NCBI GenBank assembly: GCA_043822245.1
Contig: JBDRBY010000001.1
Span: forward strand, 4,337 to 68,336
Direction: 5' to 3'
Source: Candidatus Omnitrophota bacterium
GTDB lineage: Bacteria; Omnitrophota; Gorgyraeia; Tantalellales; Tantalellaceae
Length of the DNA stretch: 64,000 nucleotides
The notes beneath the pieces are model-generated. The model was not told where the DNA came from, did no database searches, and saw only the letters and a program-made list of their open reading frames with translations. Position 1 is the first letter of the stretch. Each line of letters starts with the position of its first letter. A program made the translations under genes and the position numbers. Positions 35,735 to 45,660 of this stretch are shown in pieces.

Positions 35735-37198
35735 TTAGAAGCTTAATTTAACTGAACCTACAATATCTGTCGCAACATTGTTCTGGTCGGTGTCAAAATG
35801 ACTACCTGGAACAAACCAACCGGCTAAGAGGTCAAAAGACACATCTTCCGTGTAATCCCAAGTCAACTTAACATCAAATTCATCGCCCAGATTTGTCTGG
35901 CTATTTGTTGCGCTGTATCTTTCCGCCAGCCAGAAGTGGCCATACGTAGCATCAATCTTCAAATTGTCCATCGGTTCTAAACAACCTTTGACTAGAAGCT
36001 GATGCTGGTTTGTCGTTGCAGGTGAACTTGTTGTGGCGGTTCCGTAGTACACATTCTGGAACTCTCTAATCGCCGTATCAAATTTTCCTCTATACATTGG
36101 ATCCCATCCTGAGTAGTGGCCGGTATCAGACGCGGATTCATCTATTTGATCCAAATTCTTTTCGCCGGAATAATAGATGTACTCCATTCCTACAACAGGC
36201 TTCCACTCGAAATTGTCCTGCCAATAACGGCACTCAACCATAGCGTCAAGCGCAATAGCCGCTCTTGGCTTCTCATGAATCTGGCTCGCGGCACCGATAT
36301 AGTTGCCAAGCTGTGTGGCGCATTCAAGAGCCATTGTCCAATCTTCAAGAGGATCAAAACTACCTCTCAATCCAAGCACATGAATGTCGTTCGAATTCTG
36401 CCCGCCAACAACGGTAACAACCTGCGCGGCATCATAAGCATTGCCGGAAAATTTCTGCTGTCTATACCACCAATAAGCTTCAGCTTCCGCGTTGTACTTG
36501 TCAAACGCGTATCCGACGTTTACACCCCAAAGATTAACATCATCATCCGCTCTTCTGCCATTTTCAGCTATCTTTGAATAAACCGCGTCGATTGTCCACG
36601 GCGCGTAATCCAAGGTCGCCCTAACGGCGTCAAAAGAATTAATCGCTGTGTATTCCTTCGCGTACAACGCCGCGTTCGGATCCTGCTGTTGGGCGCCGAC
36701 GATAAACCCTTTACCAAACCAAATGTCCTGTCGTCCAATCTTCAACGTTAAAGGAGAATACAGGAACTCTTTCAGTTCGATATACGCCAAGTCAACCAAC
36801 ACATCGAACGCTGAATTGTTGGCACTCGGGTCAACCGCTACCGCGGTAAACCGATCTCTGTAGGGTACACCAATTGTCCCTGTTTCACTAGCCGCACTTT
36901 CATATTCCCCATTTCCCCATACTCTCTGGTTAACCAATCTGACGCATCCAGCAACGTTGTCGGTAAGATCAGCGTCTACCTGCATCTCGGTGGTGCTCAT
37001 GAGATGGGTCGCGTAGTTGCTGGTTACCATACCGTCATTCGCAACCGGAGCGGCATCTTTATCCAGATTGTAAGAACCTCTCGCGAAGGCGCGAAGCGCG
37101 ATATCACCGCTTATCTTCACGCTCTGCGTCTCGGCGTACGCGATAGTCGATACAGCGCACACAAGCATCGCAACACACATAACCTTAAATAACTTCAT
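35735..37198 (-). CDS. Outer-membrane beta-barrel protein (porin-like), 487 aa
   Basis: Signal peptide MKLFKVMCVAMLVCAVSTIAYA, alternating amphipathic beta-strand pattern, C-terminal ...VKLSF (terminal Phe), AGGAGG SD. Confidence 0.65.
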   Translation of the reverse strand: MKLFKVMCVAMLVCAVSTIAYAETQSVKISGDIALRAFARGSYNLDKDAAPVANDGMVTSNYATHLMSTTEMQVDADLTDNVAGCVRLVNQRVWGNGEYESAASETGTIGVPYRDRFTAVAVDPSANNSAFDVLVDLAYIELKEFLYSPLTLKIGRQDIWFGKGFIVGAQQQDPNAALYAKEYTAINSFDAVRATLDYAPWTIDAVYSKIAENGRRADDDVNLWGVNVGYAFDKYNAEAEAYWWYRQQKFSGNAYDAAQVVTVVGGQNSNDIHVLGLRGSFDPLEDWTMALECATQLGNYIGAASQIHEKPRAAIALDAMVECRYWQDNFEWKPVVGMEYIYYSGEKNLDQIDESASDTGHYSGWDPMYRGKFDTAIREFQNVYYGTATTSSPATTNQHQLLVKGCLEPMDNLKIDATYGHFWLAERYSATNSQTNLGDEFDVKLTWDYTEDVSFDLLAGWFVPGSHFDTDQNNVATDIVGSVKLSF

Positions 37199-37672
37199 TT
37201 TACCTCCTCAAAGGTAATTGCATCAAACAGCTCAAAGCTGTCTCTTTGAAACATTTATTAAAGAGCAAACATTGTGTCTGCACTTATTTTTTATATGAGT
37301 ATCGCCGATAAGTTTGCAGTTTCAGGCTATTCTCCACGTGAAAATTATTTCCTCCCCCCTTTCTTTGCCAGAATCGAAACTACTTTGGCGGTACAGGTCT
37401 CTCTCACCAATGTTATGTGAAGTATAACACGAAACACGACTTAGTCAAGAGTGAAAAGTAGAAAAAAATAATGTTAGGTCAAAAAAAATTTTACTTAGAT
37501 CTGAGTGAAAGGATAGGTATCCGTTTGGCGGCGAATCGTTCCAGTGCTCGAACACAGCCATCCGCCTCTTTTGCTGCTCTGCGAGAAGTTATACCAACTC
37601 TAAAAATTAAATGCCCACAATTTTCCACCACTTTGGAAAAGAGGGTAGGGGAATTTTTTGTAAATCCGGAAT

Positions 37673-37707
37673 AAAATCTCCCATATCCCCTCTTTGTCAA
37701 AGAGGGG
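37673..37707 (+). repeat. Degenerate hairpin-family member AAAATCTCCCATATCCCCTCTTTGTCAAAGAGGGG (locus 6)
   Basis: Read directly, inside the 580-bp non-coding region upstream of the OMP gene. Confidence 0.6.
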
Positions 37708-37778
37708 TAAGACATAGGAATGGTTGTTTCTTGGTAGGATAGTCGCGAATATCCATTTATTTTCTGTAATTGGTATTA

Positions 37779-38429
37779 CTATCCTTTTGCCACACGTACT
37801 ATTTCAACAGAATTATCTATGATTGAGGAATGAATTTTTTCAGAATCGGTAAGTGACAATAACAGTTTTTTGTAACTCTCGCGCGTAAAAAGGTCACCTG
37901 GCGCGTGCGAGTCAGTATTGACAACCATTTTAGCTCCTGTTTTACTCGCCATATCAAAGACATGTTTGTTACCGTCCCGATGCCCTCCGCGGGCTGTAAT
38001 CTCAAGATAAACTCCTTTTTCAGCCGCCAAACACGCGTCATGTTCAAGAATAAATCCCGGATGCGCCAGGATATCAACTCTAGCGTTTATTGCCGCGTTA
38101 TTTGTGCCCGTCAAAACCGGCTCAGCCGGCGACTCCCCGTGCGCGACAACTATTTTAGCACCTTTTTTTCGCGCGTAGCGCGTAAGTTCGCCAAAAAGCT
38201 CCAATGGCGCGTGAGTTATCTCAACCCCGGGTATCACTAAGACATCCCAGTACTTGTTTAACTTCTTGGAAACTTTTATAAGCCCTGAAAGCACCGCGTC
38301 AATGTTCGAATGATCAACATGATCGGTAATCGCGATTGCCTCGTAACCGGAAACCTTCGCGCGCCGTACGAGTTCACTGGGCAGAAGTACTCCGTCGCTC
38401 AAAATTGTGTGAGTGTGCAGGTCTATCAT
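37779..38429 (-). CDS. PHP-domain phosphoesterase (histidinol-phosphatase-like)
   Basis: MIDLHTHTILSDG...ITDH. The start is refined to the ATG at 38429, with a perfect AGGAGG SD 5 nt upstream. Confidence 0.7.
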   Translation of the reverse strand: MIDLHTHTILSDGVLLPSELVRRAKVSGYEAIAITDHVDHSNIDAVLSGLIKVSKKLNKYWDVLVIPGVEITHAPLELFGELTRYARKKGAKIVVAHGESPAEPVLTGTNNAAINARVDILAHPGFILEHDACLAAEKGVYLEITARGGHRDGNKHVFDMASKTGAKMVVNTDSHAPGDLFTRESYKKLLLSLTDSEKIHSSIIDNSVEIVRVAKG

Positions 38430-38482
38430 TTTTCCTCCTAAATAGGTCATCTGTTGTACATTCTTTTTCGCTCATGGGTAAG

Positions 38483-38600
38483 CATAGGTATAAAATCCCC
38501 CTAACCCCCTTTTTCAAAGGGGGGAAAGTTGTAATTGTTTACCATCTTTTTCAAATTGGGGAAAGTTGTAATTGTTTACCATCTTTTTTGAAGGGGGGAA
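38483..38600 (+). repeat. Hairpin-family array (locus 5): AAAATCCCCCTAACCCCCTTTTTCAAAGGGGGG followed by ~2.5 tandem 37-bp units (CTTTTTCAAA[GT]TGGGGAAAGTTGTAATTGTTTACCAT)
   Basis: Read directly; it overlaps the 3' end of the transglutaminase-like gene. Confidence 0.85.
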
Positions 38601-39214
38601 ATTTCGTCACCATTTTCTCTTAAATCACTGAGCCATTTATTAAACATCATGGAAAAACGAAAAAGTTTCAGCTTTTCCGGAAAATCATACACCTCCTCAG
38701 CTCGCCCTTCGCTCAAGCTCTCAACTCTTCGCCCGAGACGCTGTGATACCTTTAACGGCATCACAGCGTTCAGCATAGAACTTTTCCCATCCCAACGATC
38801 GTTAATTGGAAAACCTGCGGTTTTTAGCGCCCGATCCCATGTCGCGTCTATGAGTATCCATCTATTGACAATGTATGCTTCACACGCGAAATGATATGTT
38901 ACAGGCAGTTTTTCTGCCGCGGCTTTTAACGAATCAGAAGATATCGCTTTAAGTTCACTCCATCTAAAAGGATAGGAGCAATACTTCACCGGAATGCCTA
39001 ATTCCTTAAACATCACGCCTAAGAGGTAGTGTTTGGAAACACAAAATCCTTTGTTCTTTTTTATCATGGCCTCAGAGCTTTTTTCATTATCGAAAAGCTT
39101 TAAGTCTATCGCGTAAGGGATGTCTCTAATGTGCTCAAAAACACTTACGCGCGCTCTGTCCGTGGCCTCCCCTTTTGTCCATTCCCTGAATGTTTCCTTT
39201 ATAATTCCTTCCAT
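38576..39214 (-). CDS. Transglutaminase-like (Cys-His-Asp) superfamily protein
   Basis: Candidate triad in GFCVSKHYLL, YHFACEAY, LIDATWD. Confidence 0.5.
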   Translation of the reverse strand: MEGIIKETFREWTKGEATDRARVSVFEHIRDIPYAIDLKLFDNEKSSEAMIKKNKGFCVSKHYLLGVMFKELGIPVKYCSYPFRWSELKAISSDSLKAAAEKLPVTYHFACEAYIVNRWILIDATWDRALKTAGFPINDRWDGKSSMLNAVMPLKVSQRLGRRVESLSEGRAEEVYDFPEKLKLFRFSMMFNKWLSDLRENGDEISPLQKRW

Positions 39215-40413
39215 AAAAAAACCTTGTCTTTCGGCTTAACCTCAAAATCCAGTTTAATTCCCGCGGTTTCGCCTTTGTTAATAACACGCACAGGTTTGTG
39301 GTCTATCTCAATTTCCTTAATCCTTGAAAAACACGCGGCTGTCTTTTTGCCTGTTATCAAAATCATTTGTCCGGATTCTAATTTTCCAGCTGACATTAAA
39401 ACTTCCGCGACAGCCAATTTTTTATAAAACTTTTTTATTTCGCCTAAATAAATTTTTTCATATTTTTTAGCGGGCGGTTCACCTAAATCCAACGGTTGTT
39501 TGAAATAAAACCCGTCAGTAAAACCTCTGTTGAAAGTAAATCCAAGCTGTTTAAACAGTTCTTTTTTTAACTTTGAATCCAGTTTTTTCTCAAAAAAAGC
39601 GTCTATCGCTTTTCTGTAAACAGAAGTAACTCTGCTCACGTATTCCGGCGGACGCATCCGGCCTTCTATCTTAAAAGCGTTGATTCCCGCCTCGATTAAC
39701 TTATCGATAAAACCAACCGTACAAAGATCCTTGGTGCTCAGGATATAATCCTCCGCTAATAAATACTCACATTCTTTGTCCTTGTCGGTAATTACAAACT
39801 GCCTCCTGCACGGCTGGATACACTCACCACGATTAGCGGATTTATTAAACGAATATTGGGAAAGCAGGCATCTGCCTGATACGCTTAAACACATCGCGCC
39901 ATGAATAAAAACTTCAATACCACATTTTAGTTTTTCTCCGCGGATTCCGAGAATGATCTTTCTTATATCTGATAGTCCGCATTCTCTGGCAAGAACAAGC
40001 CTTTCCACGCCAAGCCGGCAATAAACTTTTAAAGCTTCTAAATTCGAAACACTAGCCTGAGTTGACAAATGCGCTTTTATCCCCAACTCTTTCGCCGCGG
40101 ACAAAACCGCCATATCCCACAATATTACCGCGTCAATACCGGCTTTTGACGCTTTTTCCAATATCGTTTTTACCTTGTCCAACTCATCGTTATAAACCAG
40201 AACGTTTAAAGCCAAATAACTCTTTTTGCCTTCTCCGTGGAGATATTCTGCAATCTTTTTCATCTCAAGCGCGTCAAAGTTACGCGCGCCGTAGCGCATA
40301 TTCATGCCCTTAACTCCGAAATAAACCGCATCAGCTCCGGCCTCTGCCGCGCTGTACAACGACGCCCAATCCCCCGCGGGCGCGACTAATTCTGGTTTCT
40401 TGAATTTGGTCAT
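39199..40413 (-). CDS. Peptidase U32 family protein
   Basis: PELVAPAGDW...AGADAVYFG...LSTQ and a Cys cluster (CLSVSGRCLLSQ...CIQPCRRQF). The start is the internal ATG at 40413, overlapping the upstream stop. Confidence 0.75.
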   Translation of the reverse strand: MTKFKKPELVAPAGDWASLYSAAEAGADAVYFGVKGMNMRYGARNFDALEMKKIAEYLHGEGKKSYLALNVLVYNDELDKVKTILEKASKAGIDAVILWDMAVLSAAKELGIKAHLSTQASVSNLEALKVYCRLGVERLVLARECGLSDIRKIILGIRGEKLKCGIEVFIHGAMCLSVSGRCLLSQYSFNKSANRGECIQPCRRQFVITDKDKECEYLLAEDYILSTKDLCTVGFIDKLIEAGINAFKIEGRMRPPEYVSRVTSVYRKAIDAFFEKKLDSKLKKELFKQLGFTFNRGFTDGFYFKQPLDLGEPPAKKYEKIYLGEIKKFYKKLAVAEVLMSAGKLESGQMILITGKKTAACFSRIKEIEIDHKPVRVINKGETAGIKLDFEVKPKDKVFLWKEL

Positions 40414-41222
40414 CCTTTTGACTTGGCCCTGCAGAGCGCCTCTTCCGCTTCTCTTAAGAGGATGTAAGGCTCGTCTGACTGTATTAGGCGGCCTATGCCA
40501 ATTTTCTCGCATATATTTTCCGTGGCAACATAGTTTTTGAGGTCGTCATTTTTTTCTGATGTGTACAAAACTATAGCGCTGTTTTTTGTTCCCACCGTTT
40601 GTTTTAGTTTAGCGGCAATTATGTCACCCGGCAGATCATCTAATCCCAGCCGAATCATTATTAAATCCGGGATTTCCGTGGCTACACGCTCAAACGCCGC
40701 CATACCGTTTTTCGCGGAACTTACAACATATCCGGCGTTTAGAAACGCGATCGCTAATTTATCTAGAGCGTATCCGTTATTTTCAATGATCAAAACTTTA
40801 TTCGGTCTTACCGCGATCATAGGTTTTTCAGTCACAGCCTGTCGCGCGCGTTTTGACATTATTGTGTCAACCTCTTTTAAGAGATCATCCAACTCAAAAG
40901 GCTTAGAAATAAAACCATCCACTTTAAGTTCTTTGAAAAGTTCTTCCAAATTTGCCCTTGCCGTTAGAATAAGAACCGGATACTTTGTTTTACCTGACGA
41001 ATCACATATGTTCTTATATAATTCAACCCCGCCCATCTGGGGCATATTCATATCCAAGATAATCAAATCGGGTTTAATAAATCTAAGTTTTTCCAAAGCC
41101 TCTACCCCATTGTAAGCGGCAACTACTTCAACATCTTTCTTCGCCTCAAGTTGAAACTTTAAAGCTTCAACAAAACCCGCCTCATCATCAACAATCAAAA
41201 TCACTTTTTTCTCATTAGCCAT
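40410..41222 (-). CDS. Tandem-receiver response regulator (REC plus second REC-like domain, no output domain)
   Basis: REC1 VILIVDDE...LIILDMNMP...LILTA...ISKPF; REC2 VLIIEN...LIMIRLGLDD. SD GGGGGAG. Confidence 0.7.
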   Translation of the reverse strand: MANEKKVILIVDDEAGFVEALKFQLEAKKDVEVVAAYNGVEALEKLRFIKPDLIILDMNMPQMGGVELYKNICDSSGKTKYPVLILTARANLEELFKELKVDGFISKPFELDDLLKEVDTIMSKRARQAVTEKPMIAVRPNKVLIIENNGYALDKLAIAFLNAGYVVSSAKNGMAAFERVATEIPDLIMIRLGLDDLPGDIIAAKLKQTVGTKNSAIVLYTSEKNDDLKNYVATENICEKIGIGRLIQSDEPYILLREAEEALCRAKSKG

Positions 41223-41225
41223 ATT

Positions 41226-41290
41226 TTCTCCCCCTGTGTTCGTCGTTCGTCATTCGTCGCTAGTTGCTCGTGGCTCGTTAAGCGGTAGGA
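41226..41290. repeat. Heptamer tandem array (GTNNNTC x7: tgttcgt cgttcgt cattcgt cgctagt tgctcgt ggctcgt) running into the 3' end of the REC-HK gene
   Basis: Read directly; 7-bp periodicity. Confidence 0.6.
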
Positions 41291-42428
41291 GGAAACAAAA
41301 AGAACTGCCCAGTCCATCCGGACGGCTTTCCACCCAAATCCTACCGCCATGCTGCTCTAAAATTTCTTTACAGATTGCCAGGCCCAAACCTGTCCCCTTT
41401 GAACGTTTCGCGTTTTGACTGCCTATCTGCTGAAATTTAGAAAACAATTTTACCTTATCCGCCTCTCGAATGCCTACTCCCGTATCTTCCACACGCACTT
41501 CAACGTTATTCGCGTCCGGATTAACGCTAGAGGATACTGTTATCCCGCCCGTGGTTGTAAACTTTATCGCGTTGTTGATGAGGTTATTGAGCACCTGAAT
41601 AATCTTATCAGAATCGTAAACCACATTCGGCATATCTTTGGCTAACTCCATTTTAAGATACAGATTCTGTTTTTCCGCCACAGGTTTTTGCATTTCCGCG
41701 ACATCCGTAATCACTTTGTTAATGTCGCCTTTCTTCATGTCAAGCTCAGTTTTGCGTACTTCATATTTAGCAAGGCTCAAAAGATCAGCTATAAGCCGAG
41801 CCAGCCTATCAACATTGTCCTCTGCCTTCTTCAAAAAGTTCCTTTGTTTATCGGTAAGTTCCCCCGCGGTATTGCTCATCACAACATCCAGCATAAGCTT
41901 AATAGAAGCCAGAGGTGTGCCTAATTCATGAGACACTTTTGAACTAAATTCCCTCTGCAGCACGTACAAGCCCTGCAATTTTTCATTTAATTTCGCCAAT
42001 TCTTCGTTTTGTTTTTTTACCGACTCGTTAAGACGTTTATTTTCTTCGGATAAATCAAACCTGTTTATGGCCTCTCTAACACAATTTTTCAATTCACTAT
42101 CATCCCAGGGCTTTTCAATAAACCGATAAACCTCACCCAGATTAATCGCGTCTTCCGCGACTTTGATATCAGCATACCCTGTAAACAAAACACGCAGGGT
42201 GCCTGGATATTTTTCATTAACTTTTTTCAAAAATTCTATGCCCGAGATAAGCGGCATCTTTTGATCTGTTATCACTACTTTCACCTTATTTTTTTCCATC
42301 GCTTCTAACGCTTCCGCGTAAGAAGTAGTAACATACACGCCAAAAGCCTCATCTCTGAAAAGCCGTTTTAACGCCTTCAGTATATTCGTTTCATCGTCCA
42401 GAATCACCACGCTTATTTCTTTGGCCAT
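41250..42428 (-). CDS. Hybrid REC-histidine kinase (N-terminal receiver, HisKA, HATPase_c)
   Basis: REC VVILDDE...VVITDQKMP; H-box SHELGTPL; G-boxes DTGVGI, GTGLGLAI. SD GAGGGAG. Confidence 0.75.
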   Translation of the reverse strand: MAKEISVVILDDETNILKALKRLFRDEAFGVYVTTSYAEALEAMEKNKVKVVITDQKMPLISGIEFLKKVNEKYPGTLRVLFTGYADIKVAEDAINLGEVYRFIEKPWDDSELKNCVREAINRFDLSEENKRLNESVKKQNEELAKLNEKLQGLYVLQREFSSKVSHELGTPLASIKLMLDVVMSNTAGELTDKQRNFLKKAEDNVDRLARLIADLLSLAKYEVRKTELDMKKGDINKVITDVAEMQKPVAEKQNLYLKMELAKDMPNVVYDSDKIIQVLNNLINNAIKFTTTGGITVSSSVNPDANNVEVRVEDTGVGIREADKVKLFSKFQQIGSQNAKRSKGTGLGLAICKEILEQHGGRIWVESRPDGLGSSFCFLLPLNEPRATSDE

Positions 42429-42465
42429 GTTACTCCCTCTGTTAAAAAAAAATTAAAATGTAAAA

Positions 42466-44415
42466 TTAAACCGGCAGACAAACTGTAAATTTCGCGCCTT
42501 TTCCTATTTCACTTTCGACATCAATCTTCCCGTTATGCTTTCTTACTATGTCATAACTAATACTCAGGCCAAGCCCAGTACCTTTATCTTTTTCTTTTGT
42601 CGTAAAAAACGGATCAAATATTTTTGTCAAATATTCCTGCCGGATCCCTCCTCCAGTATCGGATATTTCAACGCACACCTGTTTTTCTCTTAGACAAGTC
42701 CTGAGGGTAATAGTCCCCTTCTCTTCTATGGCCTGCGCGGCGTTTAAAATCAAATTAACAAAAACCTGTCCCATCTGCTGCGCGCTACAGTTAACTAAAG
42801 GAATCTTCCCGTAGTCTTTCTTTAGTTCGGCTTTATATTTTATTTCATTCCACACAACGCCTAAAATTCCTTCCACAATTTCATTCAAATCAGAAGGAGT
42901 CATAACCCCCTCATCTCTTCGGGAAAAACTCTTCAAATCTTTAACTATCTTGCTTATTCGGTCAACACCATCCTTCGTCTCTCCAATAAGGTTGTTAATG
43001 TCTTTTACCATAAAATCGGATTCTGTTTTTCCCGCTATCTCGAAAAGCTTATTTTTATACTCTTCAAACGTGTTCAAATTGCTTTTTATAAACCCTATTG
43101 GATTGTTAATTTCATGCGCTATCCCCGCGGCAAGTTGTCCAATAGAAGCAAGTTTTTCTGATTGAACCAGTTGGCTTTGCGCGTCTTTTAAGCTCTCGTG
43201 AGATTTTTTAAGGTCATCCAGCATACTTTTAAGTTTCAATCTTCCCTCTTCGGATTCAATTTCCGCTTTCTTTCTGAGGGAAATATCCTGAAACGATTCC
43301 ACAACGCCCGTTATTTTACCATGCTCAATGAGGGGTGTGGCTGTTAAATGAAAATAACCTTTTCTTTTTACGTTTGAGATTTTGACCTCTTTTTCTATCT
43401 CCAGTTCAACCTTCTTCTCTCCTTTCAATATCCTCTCTATGGTACATAGCTTTGTATGGCAAATATTTCCGAAAAACTGATTGTAACACTTTTGCGTCCC
43501 TGAACACTTTCTTGGCACTCCCAACAGCTCCGCCATAGCGTTATTTACCGCTACAACATTAAAATCCAAATCAACAATACGCATGGCATCACCGGCGCTG
43601 TCAAAAACATTATTCATGTAATCCCTCGAAACCATAGTCTCTTTCAAATTTTCACTCATGAGTTTGAAAGTCTCCGCCAATTTGCCGATTTCATCGTTTT
43701 TGAAAGCGAAATCTATTTTCGCGTCTAAATTTCCTCTTCCTATTTCAGAAGCGGCTTTTTCCAATCGAGTAAGCGGCAGATATACTATGCGTGAAATAAA
43801 TAGCCCTACACCTATGGCAAAAAATAAAGCGATGAAACTTATTACAGTAATGACGGCCGTGGTTATATTTATCTGCTGTACAATCTTTGTCATCGCGGGT
43901 TTTACCCGCTTCTCCGTAACATATTCAATCATCGGCACCATTGCTTCTTCATGCGCGATTTCAAGAAACCTGTCGGCTTCTTTGTCCTTGCGCGTTATGA
44001 GAGTTTTTTCCGCGCCGTGATCAGAAAGATTGAAAGCGTCTTCTATCCCCATCTGATATTTTTGTAAATTCGCGTACAATTTCTCCGCTAAAGATGTCAT
44101 ATATTCTTTTACTTCTACAGGCTGTTTTTGGATATATTCATCCAGGTTTCTATACGCTTTTCCTGAACGCTCTTTAGCTTTCAAATATTCATTGTTACCC
44201 GTTTCGAAAAAGAGACAATGCTTCGCCGCTATCTCTTGATGTTCAAACATCTCCATCATCCGCCACGCGCTCTGTAATAAAAACACAGAGTCATATATCC
44301 GGTATTCAGCTATTTCACGCAGGCGACTGTTCTGAAAAATAACAAACGCTCCCATTATTCCTGACAGGAGCGCGATTCCTACGAAACCTATTACCAGTTT
44401 GCGGCTGATTTTCAT
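42466..44415 (-). CDS. Membrane sensor histidine kinase with a periplasmic/sensor region, HAMP, a Cys-rich PAS domain, HisKA and HATPase_c
   Basis: Two TM segments; HAMP ([24 protein letters not shown]); PAS with [21 protein letters not shown]; H-box AHEINNP; G-boxes [14 protein letters not shown]. Start at the internal ATG at 44415. Confidence 0.75.
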   Translation of the reverse strand: MKISRKLVIGFVGIALLSGIMGAFVIFQNSRLREIAEYRIYDSVFLLQSAWRMMEMFEHQEIAAKHCLFFETGNNEYLKAKERSGKAYRNLDEYIQKQPVEVKEYMTSLAEKLYANLQKYQMGIEDAFNLSDHGAEKTLITRKDKEADRFLEIAHEEAMVPMIEYVTEKRVKPAMTKIVQQINITTAVITVISFIALFFAIGVGLFISRIVYLPLTRLEKAASEIGRGNLDAKIDFAFKNDEIGKLAETFKLMSENLKETMVSRDYMNNVFDSAGDAMRIVDLDFNVVAVNNAMAELLGVPRKCSGTQKCYNQFFGNICHTKLCTIERILKGEKKVELEIEKEVKISNVKRKGYFHLTATPLIEHGKITGVVESFQDISLRKKAEIESEEGRLKLKSMLDDLKKSHESLKDAQSQLVQSEKLASIGQLAAGIAHEINNPIGFIKSNLNTFEEYKNKLFEIAGKTESDFMVKDINNLIGETKDGVDRISKIVKDLKSFSRRDEGVMTPSDLNEIVEGILGVVWNEIKYKAELKKDYGKIPLVNCSAQQMGQVFVNLILNAAQAIEEKGTITLRTCLREKQVCVEISDTGGGIRQEYLTKIFDPFFTTKEKDKGTGLGLSISYDIVRKHNGKIDVESEIGKGAKFTVCLPV

Positions 44416-44425
44416 TTTTACCTGA

Positions 44426-44839
44426 TCATGGCCTGCGTTCAGGCGACTTATTGACGGAAAAAGTTTTCTGTCCAAAAACTTCTCCGTTCGCGAAAATACG
44501 AAATTCGTATTTTCCCTGATGCTCAAACTTAAGCGCGGCCAAATTAAACACAAGGTCATGAATCGTGAGCGGACTTGTTATCTCTATGTCTTTAGGCATT
44601 TCGCCTTTGCCGATAATGCTGTTTGTTTCTAAGTCAACTAATTCAAGGCAAAATTTATATTTTCCATTCGCGTCGGTAAGCTTTATGTACACCGTAAGTG
44701 AGTGATGCACGCAAGGGAACATATGCGCGCTTATATTCTCAAACACACCAATCAAGCTCTTTTTATTTGTCCCAACTTCCGTAATAATCTTATCGCAGAC
44801 AAGCATCGCGTTTAATATCGGTTTTGACGCTTTTGACAT
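44426..44839 (-). CDS. Hypothetical 137-aa protein, first gene of the phosphorelay operon
   Basis: AAAGGAA SD; predicted beta-rich; no recognisable domain. Confidence 0.35.
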   Translation of the reverse strand: MSKASKPILNAMLVCDKIITEVGTNKKSLIGVFENISAHMFPCVHHSLTVYIKLTDANGKYKFCLELVDLETNSIIGKGEMPKDIEITSPLTIHDLVFNLAALKFEHQGKYEFRIFANGEVFGQKTFSVNKSPERRP

Positions 44840-44855
44840 TTATGTTCCTTTCTTT

Positions 44856-45437
44856 TTATTTCAAAAACAGTTCCACTAATCCCTTTCGTATCATCATAAC
44901 GGCAAAGGCCGCCAAGAAAAGGCTTATTATCTTTGAGAGCGCCTTGGTACCTGTTTTTCCTACTAGTTTTATAATCCCCCCGGCAAAAGAAAATATTATA
45001 CCCGCTAACAAGACGTTGATAACAACTGACAATACAGTTAAATAAGGTCCATATTCTTCAACTAAAATAAGTGTCGCGGTCAAAACCGCGGGGCCAACTA
45101 TGAGCGGTGTCCCAAGCGGAACTATTCCCATTTCATCCAGCGGAACCCGCCGTTTTTTCCCCGGCGTTAAAACGTCCATTATCGCGATAACAAAAAGTAT
45201 ACTTCCGCCCGCGATTAAAAAATCTCCAATGGTTATCCCCACGCTACGGAAAACAAATTTTCCTAAAAAGATAAAACCCACCGCGAGACAAACAGCAACA
45301 CCCATCGACTGAAATATTATCCGTTTTCTCACATTCCCTTTTACCCCACTGGTAAAATTTATAAAAATAGGCAGAACACCTATCGCGTCAACCGCCACAA
45401 AAATCGGTATGAACACAAATAAAAAATTTTTGATCAT
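44856..45437 (-). CDS. MarC-family (UPF0056) integral membrane protein
   Basis: Six TM helices, IFINFTSGVKGNVRKRII and GTPLIVGPAVLT motifs. SD AAGGAAG. Confidence 0.7.
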   Translation of the reverse strand: MIKNFLFVFIPIFVAVDAIGVLPIFINFTSGVKGNVRKRIIFQSMGVAVCLAVGFIFLGKFVFRSVGITIGDFLIAGGSILFVIAIMDVLTPGKKRRVPLDEMGIVPLGTPLIVGPAVLTATLILVEEYGPYLTVLSVVINVLLAGIIFSFAGGIIKLVGKTGTKALSKIISLFLAAFAVMMIRKGLVELFLK

Positions 45438-45454
45438 GTTTCTTCCTTATTTTC

Positions 45455-45654
<200 letters not shown>

Positions 45655-45660
<6 letters not shown>

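Noticed and set aside
37471-37715. Two overlapping small ORFs (67 and 74 aa) in the 580-bp region upstream of the OMP gene
   Set aside because: No SD, no domain similarity, and the composition is not protein-like. The region is more plausibly a 5' UTR or sRNA.
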